A DNA stretch of 64,000 bases from an uncultured Clostridium sp. (GCA_947087745.1 CAMUDX010000002.1:17151-81150), one strand, 5' to 3'. Positions 43,142-52,279 are shown, counted from the first letter of the stretch. Numbers and translations: made by a program. Notes: generated by a model from the letters alone, not told the origin.

Positions 43142-43170
43142 ATTATACACTATTTTTATGCTATTGTCAA
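43142..43170 (-). promoter_or_regulatory. consensus sigma-70 promoter (TTGACA-17-TATAAT) driving the ToxI-like repeats and the toxin
   Basis: The minus strand reads TTGACAatagcataaaaatagtgTATAAT, about 25 nt upstream of the first repeat. Confidence 0.7.
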
Positions 43171-43227
43171 ACACAAAAATTACAAATTTTCTACATTTTT
43201 TATAAAAACAAGTCTGTTTCTAACTCT

Positions 43228-44742
43228 TTATCTGTCTATATCATCCATAGAACTACTTTTATCAATTTGATGTAATTGTTCTAATTGTTTTTCTGTAATA
43301 TTTATTACTTTACCACAACAAGGTTTAAAATCTTTATTTCCATAAACGAGCCAAATAATATTTTCTCTTTTTAGATCTTCCTTTGGCATAGTTCCAGGAC
43401 AAGGATAACCATCAGTAAAAACAATTTTGTTTATTTCTCTTTTTTTAGTAAATGATCTAACTGCTAAATCCCAATCTTCTGTCCATGCTGAATGTCCTCT
43501 AGCTCCTCTAGGTATAGTAAAATTATCTATGTCTTTTACATTTTTTATATCTACAAGTCCCCAAAATTGCTCATTAAAGCATCCTACTCTTAGTTTTGAT
43601 TGTTCTAATAATGGTTTTAGTTGCCTTAGAAATGATTTTACTAATTCTAAATCTACTGAGCCAGAAACATCAATCATAACTTCTGTTTCAGCTTCATCTT
43701 CAATATCATTTTCTTCTAATCTATATGCATAATTATTTTCTGCAATAGAACGCCTTTGACTCCAAATTGTTTCTGTTTTTTCTACTTCTCTTCGTAATAA
43801 AAGTTTCCAATCAATTTCTTCTTTACTTTTTCCTATATCCCCTAATTCTATTGTTCCTTTATCGGTACTTCGTATATCTTTTTCAGTCTTTTCGCGTCTA
43901 GATTTGAATTTTTCTCGTTTTTCTTTTCTATTATCTTCAAATTCTCCTTTTTCATCAAAATCTATATCTGTATGTTCTTCTCCAGTTTGCTCTTGTTCTT
44001 GTCCCTGTTCTTGTTTTTGCGAATTTTCATCTTGCCTTTGTCCTTTCTTTTGAGAATTTTGCTGCTCTTTAAATGCTTCTTCCCATAAACTATGGTCATC
44101 TCCTTGACTTTTACTTTTATCTGAATTTTGATTTTCAGTTTGCTCCGCATTTTCATTATTACTATCTTGTTCTTGATTTTGCTCATTGCCTTGTTTATTA
44201 TCTTGTTCATCGCTCTGTCCACTTCCTTGCTGATTATCTTGCTCTTGTTCTTGTCCATCTCCTTGTTCTTGGTCTTGGTTTTGATTTTGATTATTCTTTT
44301 GCTCTTGTTCTTTCTTTTCTTTTTCTTGCAATAATTTTTGATAAAATTCTTCTGCTGAATAATCTAGTGCTTCTGGCATGTTTACATATCCTTCTTTAAT
44401 TGTAAATCCATCTCTTTCTAAATTTGCATTTATAATAGCATCAGTTGCTATATTCCAAAGTTCTGGATCTCTTTTTACTCCACTTTTATCCTTTAATCTA
44501 TACATGTGCATAAATTTTATATGCATTATTTCATGTGCTATTGTAAATAATCTATCATTCTCACTTAAACTTGCAAAATAGTTAGGATCAACATATATAT
44601 TTTTTCCATCAGTTGCTGCTGTATGATATTTCAAGTTGTCTTTAAATTCAATATTAGCTACTGCTATTTCACTACCAAATCTAGGATATTTTGCTAGCAT
44701 TTTCCTTTTTGCATCATAAATCAAATCTGTATTAGCACTCAT
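43228..44742 (-). CDS. DUF2201-type protein: N-terminal putative metallopeptidase (HExxH) domain, acidic Q/E/K-rich linker, C-terminal VWA-like domain
   Basis: TIAHEIMHIKFMH (HExxH) in the N domain; a long low-complexity QEQEQ/KEKREK linker; a C-terminal VWA-like region (MIDVSGSVD). This is the usual partner of MoxR/AAA_5 ATPases. Confidence 0.7.
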   Translation of the reverse strand: MSANTDLIYDAKRKMLAKYPRFGSEIAVANIEFKDNLKYHTAATDGKNIYVDPNYFASLSENDRLFTIAHEIMHIKFMHMYRLKDKSGVKRDPELWNIATDAIINANLERDGFTIKEGYVNMPEALDYSAEEFYQKLLQEKEKKEQEQKNNQNQNQDQEQGDGQEQEQDNQQGSGQSDEQDNKQGNEQNQEQDSNNENAEQTENQNSDKSKSQGDDHSLWEEAFKEQQNSQKKGQRQDENSQKQEQGQEQEQTGEEHTDIDFDEKGEFEDNRKEKREKFKSRREKTEKDIRSTDKGTIELGDIGKSKEEIDWKLLLRREVEKTETIWSQRRSIAENNYAYRLEENDIEDEAETEVMIDVSGSVDLELVKSFLRQLKPLLEQSKLRVGCFNEQFWGLVDIKNVKDIDNFTIPRGARGHSAWTEDWDLAVRSFTKKREINKIVFTDGYPCPGTMPKEDLKRENIIWLVYGNKDFKPCCGKVINITEKQLEQLHQIDKSSSMDDIDR

Positions 44743-44792
44743 TTATATGCTTCTCCTCTCTAAAAATTAACTACCATAATTTTTATGGCTAA

Positions 44793-47018
44793 TTATTCTC
44801 TTTCATGTTCTTCATTCATAACTTCTTTAGAAACTCTTGTTAAATACGAACTATACATTTGTCCTATATCTGTATATGCTGCTATTCCATCTTTTGCATA
44901 TTCTTCTGTTTCTTTTCCTGTATGTAATGCTAAAGACATTTCTTGCAGTTCACTTATTTTCTCCATCTTTCTTTCATCATTTCCAGCCCAATATATATCA
45001 TATATTGATAAATATTCTGGATCACAATGTTTTCTTATGAATTCTCTACAACTTTCTACTTGTGTTTCATCTGCTGTTATCAATGCTGTCATATATGCAA
45101 ATCTTTCGCTTATATCTCTTGGTAAGTCTGCTTGTGTATATCCTTCTCCCATTCCTTTTGTTACTTCTTCTGGAGTCAATGTTGGAAGGTTATAAAAATC
45201 AAAAAATTCTGCTGACCATTCTTCTCTAAGTTTTGAGCTTATTGACCTTTGGATTATATCTTCTACATCTTTTCCTTCATATTTTCCTTGTTCCAAATTT
45301 CTTTCAAAATTATATAAGGTATTTGAAATTGATGTCCAACCACGAGGATCGTTTGTTCTTCCTTTACATCCATTTCTATCTAAATGTTCTTCTCCTACAT
45401 CTGGCTCTTCGTAGAAATATCCTATGTCTTGTATATCTTCGCTTTTTCCAGAATTGTTGTATTTTGATAACATATATCCTATTACTGATGGGTGTATTTT
45501 TTGTGGAATTGCATATTCTGTTATCCATTCTCCTACTTTTGGCTCCATATCTAGGATATGGTCAAATCTTTTTTCTAGTGGCTCTGCTAAATCTTCTGCT
45601 ACACTTGAATATTTCTTTTGGTTTCCTGTTGCTACAACTACTACATTGTCTGGTAATTTTAGTCCTTTTCCTATCTCTACCATTCTATTTAATACTAATG
45701 TATATACTAAACTTTGAACTGCTGGTTTTACATTTAAAAGCTCATCTAACATTATTACAACTTTTTTATCGCTTTCTTTTGACCTTTCATATACTGTATC
45801 TGCTACATCATATATATTTTGTATATTTTCTTCAACTAATTTTCTTTCTTCTTCTGTTGCTTCTTGCATAATAGCTGTTTTTGCAAAGTCTGGTGGTATG
45901 CTTTGTCCTGTTTGTAAATTTACTGATCCTACCACTTTTTCTGGGAACATGTTATTTGTTAATTTCATATAAATTAAGTCTGGATATAATGTTTTTATTC
46001 TTTCTGTTTTTCCTATTCCAGATGGTCCTCTTAATAATACTGACTCTCCTGCTTCAATCCAATTTTGTATTATTTCTGTATCTGTCATTCTGCTTCTATC
46101 AGCAGTTTTTGTTTTGTCTGGATTTAATTTTTGTAATCTAGATTTTCTTGGCTTAAATTCTTCTGTTTCTTCTGTTTGCTCTCCTAATGTTATTGTACCT
46201 CTTGATTGTTCTAAATCTCTTGCCAAATATCTATCCATAAATGTTTTTATATCTGTTTTATCAAAATCTCTTGTATGATAATTACTCTCTTTATTAAATT
46301 GAACTCCTGCAAATATTAGTTTTTCAGTTATCATCATACGAGATTTTTCATCTACAATCCATTTAACTGGAGAAACTTCTATCCATACATTATCTCCATC
46401 TTTATATTGTTCTCCATTTGAAAGTGTAAAGTTACTTCCATCATAATATGAATTAGCTTCAACTCTTACATATCTTTTTCCATTATATTCATATTCTTGA
46501 TGAGTTTGTGGCTCAAATGTTGTATCATATTCAGTGTATCGTGTTGAATCTGTTGTATAACTATTTCTTGTTTTTGAAAGTCTGCCACTTTTATATTCTC
46601 TTTCTAATTTTTCTTGCATCTCTTTTGATACTGCTTTTTGTGGATAATATCCATACTCTACTTCAAGAATACCATCTCTTGCTCTTTTCCCACTCTCTCC
46701 GTTCGTGGGGATATTAGAGATTGATGAGAACGGCAAAGCTGGGCGAGCCCCACCATTGCGAGTGTTAACATTGTAGTAATCGCTATCACCACTATCGTAA
46801 ACCACGCGCGCGTCATTATCTCCGTCATCTGACTTTGTCCAATACCAACCTGTTCTCCCCTCTAAAGAACTATCATTATCTACATGATAATCAGAAACCC
46901 ATCCACCAAGCAATACAGAAAAATCTGTTATGGCTGCCTGTGTTCCTCTTTTTTCTAATATATCTAATTTATCATTACCAAAGCATTGTTCTTCGGTTAA
47001 AAAAGTAAAATTACTCAT
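44793..47018 (-). CDS. DGR target protein 1: N-terminal C-type-lectin/DUF1566-like variable domain (contains VR1) fused to a MoxR/AAA_5-type AAA+ ATPase
   Basis: VR1 (46739-46816) encodes residues ~68-93. The upstream segment (LTEEQ...GRTGWYWTKSDD...ARVV...RNGGARPAL) resembles short CLec/DUF1566 folds. Walker A VLLRGPSGIGKTERI, Walker B VVIMLDELLN and an AAA_5-like sensor region. No signal peptide. Confidence 0.8.
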   Translation of the reverse strand: MSNFTFLTEEQCFGNDKLDILEKRGTQAAITDFSVLLGGWVSDYHVDNDSSLEGRTGWYWTKSDDGDNDARVVYDSGDSDYYNVNTRNGGARPALPFSSISNIPTNGESGKRARDGILEVEYGYYPQKAVSKEMQEKLEREYKSGRLSKTRNSYTTDSTRYTEYDTTFEPQTHQEYEYNGKRYVRVEANSYYDGSNFTLSNGEQYKDGDNVWIEVSPVKWIVDEKSRMMITEKLIFAGVQFNKESNYHTRDFDKTDIKTFMDRYLARDLEQSRGTITLGEQTEETEEFKPRKSRLQKLNPDKTKTADRSRMTDTEIIQNWIEAGESVLLRGPSGIGKTERIKTLYPDLIYMKLTNNMFPEKVVGSVNLQTGQSIPPDFAKTAIMQEATEEERKLVEENIQNIYDVADTVYERSKESDKKVVIMLDELLNVKPAVQSLVYTLVLNRMVEIGKGLKLPDNVVVVATGNQKKYSSVAEDLAEPLEKRFDHILDMEPKVGEWITEYAIPQKIHPSVIGYMLSKYNNSGKSEDIQDIGYFYEEPDVGEEHLDRNGCKGRTNDPRGWTSISNTLYNFERNLEQGKYEGKDVEDIIQRSISSKLREEWSAEFFDFYNLPTLTPEEVTKGMGEGYTQADLPRDISERFAYMTALITADETQVESCREFIRKHCDPEYLSIYDIYWAGNDERKMEKISELQEMSLALHTGKETEEYAKDGIAAYTDIGQMYSSYLTRVSKEVMNEEHERE
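46739..46816 (-). other. DGR variable repeat VR1
   Basis: 78 bp; 70/78 identical to the TR. All 8 mismatches fall at TR positions that are A on the coding (minus) strand. Flanked by GC-rich clamps (gacgcgcgcgtgg ... ggtggggctcgcccag). Confidence 0.9.
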
Positions 47019-47057
47019 ATACTACTCCCTTATATTTCTTATGCTAATTACTGTAGC

Positions 47058-47423
47058 TTAAAATGCAATAACACAGAAATTATATAGCTCCTTTGAAATG
47101 TTTTTTAATCCTTCTCTATCTTTAACAGTTAAAACTACAATCATATCTTTTGGTAATTTATATCCATAAAATTCTCTATCTTTAACTATTTGATAATATT
47201 TATTTTGTGTACTTTCATTCAATTTGTCTATTTCAGATATAATAAAATAATCAAGTTCTTCTTTATTAGAGATTTTCTCTTTAAAAATTGTAAGCAATTC
47301 ACTATCATTAGAATCAGCATTCACAATAATTTTTGAATCTAATTCTTTACAATCTTCATTTTGTATTACAACACAGGTAGCAAGGCATCCTTTTTGTAAT
47401 TCTATCAATTCTTTATTAATCAT
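47058..47423 (-). CDS. hypothetical protein (121 aa) between the two DGR target genes
   Basis: ORF only; no motif recognised. Confidence 0.35.
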   Translation of the reverse strand: MINKELIELQKGCLATCVVIQNEDCKELDSKIIVNADSNDSELLTIFKEKISNKEELDYFIISEIDKLNESTQNKYYQIVKDREFYGYKLPKDMIVVLTVKDREGLKNISKELYNFCVIAF

Positions 47424-47424
47424 A

Positions 47425-47901
47425 TTAAATTTTATCCCCTTTCGTAATACTAAAAAAACTCAATATTTTATTAAGAAACTTTTTTAATATATTTTCTTTT
47501 TTATATTCTACTATATTTTTTTCTATCACATTTTCATTTTGAATTATTTTATTTTCTTTTTTGTTTTTAAAAATATCATTTACATTATATGTTTCTTTTA
47601 TTTTTTCTTTTTTCATATTGTTTTCATGTATTATATTTTTATATTTTTCATGTTCTTCTTTATTACACCACCATGTAATATATATAAAGCCTAAAAGTTC
47701 TTTAGTTTGTTTTCTTAAATTAAAGCCATTGATTGGCTGTTCATGATTAAATTTAGATTTATAGCTTTTACTTGAAATATCAGTTAAAAACTTTATAAAA
47801 CTTTGTGGTATTCTTGCAACATCTTCTTTATTTGTATGATTTAGTATGTCTAATACTTCAACTGCTGCTTCACTATATTCAGCTTCTCTCATTTTCTTCA
47901 C
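47425..47901 (-). CDS. hypothetical protein (158 aa) between the two DGR target genes
   Basis: ORF only; its start overlaps the end of target gene 2 by 23 nt. Confidence 0.35.
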   Translation of the reverse strand: MKKMREAEYSEAAVEVLDILNHTNKEDVARIPQSFIKFLTDISSKSYKSKFNHEQPINGFNLRKQTKELLGFIYITWWCNKEEHEKYKNIIHENNMKKEKIKETYNVNDIFKNKKENKIIQNENVIEKNIVEYKKENILKKFLNKILSFFSITKGDKI

Positions 47902-50110
47902 TCCTAACTTCTTCTTTAGAATCTCTTGTTAAATACGAACTATACATTTGTCCTATATCTGTATATGCTGCTATTCCATCTTTTGCATATTCTTCTGTTT
48001 CTTTTCCTGTATGTAATGCTAAAGACATTTCTTGCAGTTCACTTATTTTCTCCATCTTTCTTTCATCATTTCCAGCCCAATATATATCATATATTGATAA
48101 ATATTCTGGATCACAATGTTTTCTTATGAATTCTCTACAACTTTCTACTTGTGTTTCATCTGCTGTTATCAATGCTGTCATATATGCAAATCTTTCGCTT
48201 ATATCTCTTGGTAAGTCTGCTTGTGTATATCCTTCTCCCATTCCTTTTGTTACTTCTTCTGGAGTCAATGTTGGAAGGTTATAAAAATCAAAAAATTCTG
48301 CTGACCATTCTTCTCTAAGTTTTGAGCTTATTGACCTTTGGATTATATCTTCTACATCTTTTCCTTCATATTTTCCTTGTTCCAAATTTCTTTCAAAATT
48401 ATATAAGGTATTTGAAATTGATGTCCAACCACGAGGATCGTTTGTTCTTCCTTTACATCCATTTCTATCTAAATGTTCTTCTCCTACATCTGGCTCTTCG
48501 TAGAAATATCCTATGTCTTGTATATCTTCGCTTTTTCCAGAATTGTTGTATTTTGATAACATATATCCTATTACTGATGGGTGTATTTTTTGTGGAATTG
48601 CATATTCTGTTATCCATTCTCCTACTTTTGGCTCCATATCTAGGATATGGTCAAATCTTTTTTCTAGTGGCTCTGCTAAATCTTCTGCTACACTTGAATA
48701 TTTCTTTTGGTTTCCTGTTGCTACAACTACTACATTGTCTGGTAATTTTAGTCCTTTTCCTATCTCTACCATTCTATTTAATACTAATGTATATACTAAA
48801 CTTTGAACTGCTGGTTTTACATTTAAAAGCTCATCTAACATTATTACAACTTTTTTATCGCTTTCTTTTGACCTTTCATATACTGTATCTGCTACATCAT
48901 ATATATTTTGTATATTTTCTTCAACTAATTTTCTTTCTTCTTCTGTTGCTTCTTGCATAATAGCTGTTTTTGCAAAGTCTGGTGGTATGCTTTGTCCTGT
49001 TTGTAAATTTACTGATCCTACCACTTTTTCTGGGAACATGTTATTTGTTAATTTCATATAAATTAAGTCTGGATATAATGTTTTTATTCTTTCTGTTTTT
49101 CCTATTCCAGATGGTCCTCTTAATAATACTGACTCTCCTGCTTCAATCCAATTTTGTATTATTTCTGTATCTGTCATTCTGCTTCTATCAGCAGTTTTTG
49201 TTTTGTCTGGATTTAATTTTTGTAATCTAGATTTTCTTGGCTTAAATTCTTCTGTTTCTTCTGTTTGTTCTCCTAAAGTTATTGTACCTCTTGACTGTTC
49301 TAAATCTCTTGACAAGTATCTATCCATAAATGTTTTTATATCTGTTTTATCAAAGTCTTTGGTATGGTAATCTCTAGTATGATTAAATTGTACTCCAGAG
49401 AATATCAATTTATCTGTTAGCATGACTTTTTCTCTTTCATCAACTAACCATTTTACAGGAGAAACTTCTACCCATACATTATCTCCATCTCTGTATTGTT
49501 CTCCATTTGAAAGTGTAAATCTATTTCCTCCAAAATCTGAATTAGCTTCAACTCTTACATATCTTTTACCATTATATTCATATTCTTCATGTTGTTTTGC
49601 TAAAAATTTTTCGCCATAAGCATCATATTTTCTTGAATCTGTTGTATAACTATTTCTTGTTTTGGATATACTACCACTTCTATATGCTCTTTCTAGTCTT
49701 TCTTGCATGTCTTTTGATGCTGCTTTTTGTGGGTAATATCCATACTCTACTTCAAGAATACCATCTCTTGCTCTTTTCCCACTCTCTCCGTTCGTGGGGA
49801 TATTAGAGATTGATGAGAACGGCAAAGCTGGGCGAGCCCCACCATCGCGAGTGAGAACATGGGAGCAATGCCTATGACCATTATCGTTAACCACGCGCGC
49901 GTCATTATCTCCATCATCTGATTTTGTCCAATAATATCCTGTTCTTCCCTCCAAAGAACTATCATTATCTATATGATTGTTGTCAGAAACATAAGCACCT
50001 AAAAGAATAGAGAAATCTGTTATTGCTGCTTTTGTTCCTCTCTTCTCTAATATATCTAATTTATCACTTCCAAAATATTGTTCTTCGGTTAAAAAAGTAA
50101 AATTACTCAT
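47879..50110 (-). CDS. DGR target protein 2 (paralog of 44793..47018; contains VR2)
   Basis: Same architecture as target 1. VR2 encodes ...DARVVNDNGHRHCSHVLTRDGGARP..., versus TR-encoded DARVVNDNGNRNYNNVNKRNGGARP. Confidence 0.8.
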   Translation of the reverse strand: MSNFTFLTEEQYFGSDKLDILEKRGTKAAITDFSILLGAYVSDNNHIDNDSSLEGRTGYYWTKSDDGDNDARVVNDNGHRHCSHVLTRDGGARPALPFSSISNIPTNGESGKRARDGILEVEYGYYPQKAASKDMQERLERAYRSGSISKTRNSYTTDSRKYDAYGEKFLAKQHEEYEYNGKRYVRVEANSDFGGNRFTLSNGEQYRDGDNVWVEVSPVKWLVDEREKVMLTDKLIFSGVQFNHTRDYHTKDFDKTDIKTFMDRYLSRDLEQSRGTITLGEQTEETEEFKPRKSRLQKLNPDKTKTADRSRMTDTEIIQNWIEAGESVLLRGPSGIGKTERIKTLYPDLIYMKLTNNMFPEKVVGSVNLQTGQSIPPDFAKTAIMQEATEEERKLVEENIQNIYDVADTVYERSKESDKKVVIMLDELLNVKPAVQSLVYTLVLNRMVEIGKGLKLPDNVVVVATGNQKKYSSVAEDLAEPLEKRFDHILDMEPKVGEWITEYAIPQKIHPSVIGYMLSKYNNSGKSEDIQDIGYFYEEPDVGEEHLDRNGCKGRTNDPRGWTSISNTLYNFERNLEQGKYEGKDVEDIIQRSISSKLREEWSAEFFDFYNLPTLTPEEVTKGMGEGYTQADLPRDISERFAYMTALITADETQVESCREFIRKHCDPEYLSIYDIYWAGNDERKMEKISELQEMSLALHTGKETEEYAKDGIAAYTDIGQMYSSYLTRDSKEEVRSEENERS
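47905..49320. repeat. ~1.4-kb segment 100% identical to 44819-46230 (tandem duplication / gene conversion between the two DGR target genes); approximate extent
   Basis: Identical antisense ORF pairs (44837..45040 = 47926..48129; 45233..45871 = 48322..48960; 45881..46141 = 48970..49230) and identical C-terminal ~480 aa of the two target proteins. The N-terminal ~260 aa are only ~75% identical. Confidence 0.85.
49828..49905 (-). other. DGR variable repeat VR2
   Basis: 78 bp; 12 mismatches to the TR, all at TR coding-strand adenines; same GC-rich flanks as VR1. Confidence 0.9.
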
Positions 50111-50230
50111 CTATACTACTCCTATATTTTTGTATATCCATAGAATTTTTATAAAAATTTCATAGATACATTATCTCTTTTTTTATTCTACCATAACAAC
50201 TTTTTTTTGGGAATAGTTTTACATATTTTT

Positions 50231-51349
50231 TTACAGTTTTTGTGGAAAAGTTTCATTTTTTAATTTTTTACTTTCTTTTGTGTCTTTGATATGGTTATAA
50301 AATGCATTTTTTCTAATATAAACATATTCCTCATCAACAATATTTTTTTCTCTTAATTTATGCAATGTTTTTAAATGTTTTTTTAATCTTTGTTTAGATG
50401 AAACTCGTAATTTTCTTGTTATACTGCCATCTTCATTTAAGATATGCCTATATCCTAAAAAATCTATTCCATTTTTTACAATTCCTATTTGTGTTTTTTG
50501 ATTTAGTGATAGCTTTAACTCATGTTCACATTTCTCCTTTATTTTTGAAAGTGAATATTGTAAATAACTTTTATCTCTATGAACCAAAATCATGTCGTCC
50601 ATATAACGAATATACCCTTTTACTCTTAAATCTTCTTTAACATATCTGTCGATTACATTTAAATATAATAGTGCAAACCATTGACTAGATTGATTTCCAA
50701 GTGGTAAGCCAACATCTGCATTATTAGGCTGTTCTTTTACTAATTTTTCTATCATCCACATCTCATCACTTGAAAAATTAATCTTTTTTAGTAAATTTAA
50801 TAGCACTTCGTGATCTATGCTTTGAAAATACTTTCTTATATCACATTTTAGAAAAAATATTTTATTGTTTTGTTCTTTTCTATATTCATTTCTTAAAAAA
50901 TTTTCTAATCGTTTTATAGCAAATGTTGTTCCTTTTTCTTTTCTGCATGCTGCATTATCATATATTAGTTTTCTATCAATTTTATCTCTTAGTGCCACAT
51001 CACAAAAACACTTTATAACAACTCTATCTCTAAAAGGTAATGCTTCTATAACTCTTTCTTTTGGCTCATATATTAAAAATTCTTTATACTTTCCTAATTT
51101 ATATTTCTTTGACATTATATCGTTCATAAGATTACTTATATTACTTGATAAATTAGCTTCAAATCGTATCACTTCTCCTTTATGTTGTTTAGATTTTCTA
51201 CAACCTTTATATGCATCATATAAATTTTCAAATGTAAAAATTTCTTTTAATTCCATATTGTATTTCCTCCTAAAAAAAGAACGCTCCTTAAAACTTGCAA
51301 AAAATAGATTATCTATTCGTTGCTCGTGTAAGCGTTCATATTCTTCCAC
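50231..51349 (-). CDS. DGR reverse transcriptase
   Basis: RT motifs: LKCDIRKYFQSIDH (motif 2), GLPLGNQSSQWFALLYLNVIDRYV (the DGR-specific [LI]GxxxSQ motif 4), RYMDDMILV (YxDD). 372 aa with no maturase or endonuclease domains. Confidence 0.85.
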   Translation of the reverse strand: MEEYERLHEQRIDNLFFASFKERSFFRRKYNMELKEIFTFENLYDAYKGCRKSKQHKGEVIRFEANLSSNISNLMNDIMSKKYKLGKYKEFLIYEPKERVIEALPFRDRVVIKCFCDVALRDKIDRKLIYDNAACRKEKGTTFAIKRLENFLRNEYRKEQNNKIFFLKCDIRKYFQSIDHEVLLNLLKKINFSSDEMWMIEKLVKEQPNNADVGLPLGNQSSQWFALLYLNVIDRYVKEDLRVKGYIRYMDDMILVHRDKSYLQYSLSKIKEKCEHELKLSLNQKTQIGIVKNGIDFLGYRHILNEDGSITRKLRVSSKQRLKKHLKTLHKLREKNIVDEEYVYIRKNAFYNHIKDTKESKKLKNETFPQKL

Positions 51350-51480
51350 CGCACTATTTCTTTAGCGGTTAGAAAAGAGAAAAATTCCTTCACTTTAAAA
51401 TACTGATATATTTTCCTTAAAATATATTTCTCTGATTCTTTATTTTAAATCCACTTTTATAGGATTTATCAAAAGTGAAT

Positions 51481-51558
51481 CTGGGCGAGCCCCACCATTG
51501 CGTTTGTTAACATTGTTGTAATTTCTATTACCATTATCGTTAACCACGCGCGCGTCAT
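51481..51558 (-). other. DGR template repeat (TR)
   Basis: 78-bp non-coding segment between avd and the RT, homologous to VR1 and VR2. On the minus strand it is rich in AAY codons (aac gat aat ggt aat aga aat tac aac aat gtt aac aaa cgc aat). Confidence 0.9.
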
Positions 51559-51629
51559 AGAGAATGGGGCTACAAAGAAAAACCCGAAATAAATTTTTCT
51601 CTTAATTAAAAGCCTTTCAGCCTAAAATC

Positions 51630-52211
51630 CTAACTTCGTTTTTTCCATCTTTCATCATCACTCTTTTTCCATGCTACTGTTAAATTAATTGCTTCTGATA
51701 ATTGAATAGAAATTTGTTTGTATTGTTTCTTTAATATGCATCCAGAATTTTCTGCCACCATAGAAACATATCCTAGTAATTTTAATTTTACTATTGCCTC
51801 TTTTTGTAATTCTTCTCTTTTTGTTTTCTTTTCTACTGCATCCATTCTAATAAAATTAGCTTCTAATAAGCACTCTAATGTATCAAGACAATAGTTCTGC
51901 ATTCTATTTACAAATACTCCTCTAAATTTTTTTGGAGATTTTTCTGTAACTGCAATTATATAAGTTGCTAGTTTCTTTACTACTGTTATAACCATTAAAT
52001 CATTTGCATTAAATGGCAACTTATTCACTTGTTCTAATTCATTGTCATTTTCTACGCTTTCTTCAATTTCTTTTTTATTAAATCTTTTATTCTCAGCAGT
52101 AGCAATAGCTTGCTTCACTGCTACTTTATCCTCAATACTGTTTTCAGCTCCGTTAAAATCTTCTAATTTTTTAGGTATTTTCAAATTACTATCTCTACTA
52201 ACTTGTAACAT
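51630..52211 (-). CDS. Avd-like accessory variability determinant (four-helix-bundle, IVS-protein family), with possible N-terminal extension
   Basis: The C-terminal ~120 aa (from MVITVVKKLATYIIAVTEKSPKKFRGVFVNRMQ...LLGYVSMVAENSG...LSEAINLTVAWKK) fit the basic four-helix Avd/23S-rRNA-IVS pattern (..kfPK.er..l...a.....K...L...W.K). It sits immediately upstream of the TR. The first ~70 aa of the ORF may not be translated. Confidence 0.55.
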   Translation of the reverse strand: MLQVSRDSNLKIPKKLEDFNGAENSIEDKVAVKQAIATAENKRFNKKEIEESVENDNELEQVNKLPFNANDLMVITVVKKLATYIIAVTEKSPKKFRGVFVNRMQNYCLDTLECLLEANFIRMDAVEKKTKREELQKEAIVKLKLLGYVSMVAENSGCILKKQYKQISIQLSEAINLTVAWKKSDDERWKKRS

Positions 52212-52279
52212 TTTTATCCTCCTTACACATTTCTGTATTTTAACATGAATTCCCTAAAAAATCCATTAAGTTCAATGTT

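Noticed and set aside
43962-44258. 98-aa K-rich minus-strand ORF inside the DUF2201 gene; also the similar 18588..18806 inside the cadherin-like gene.
   Set aside because: It is an alternative-frame reading of a repetitive GAA/CAA-rich linker region inside a longer, better-supported ORF.
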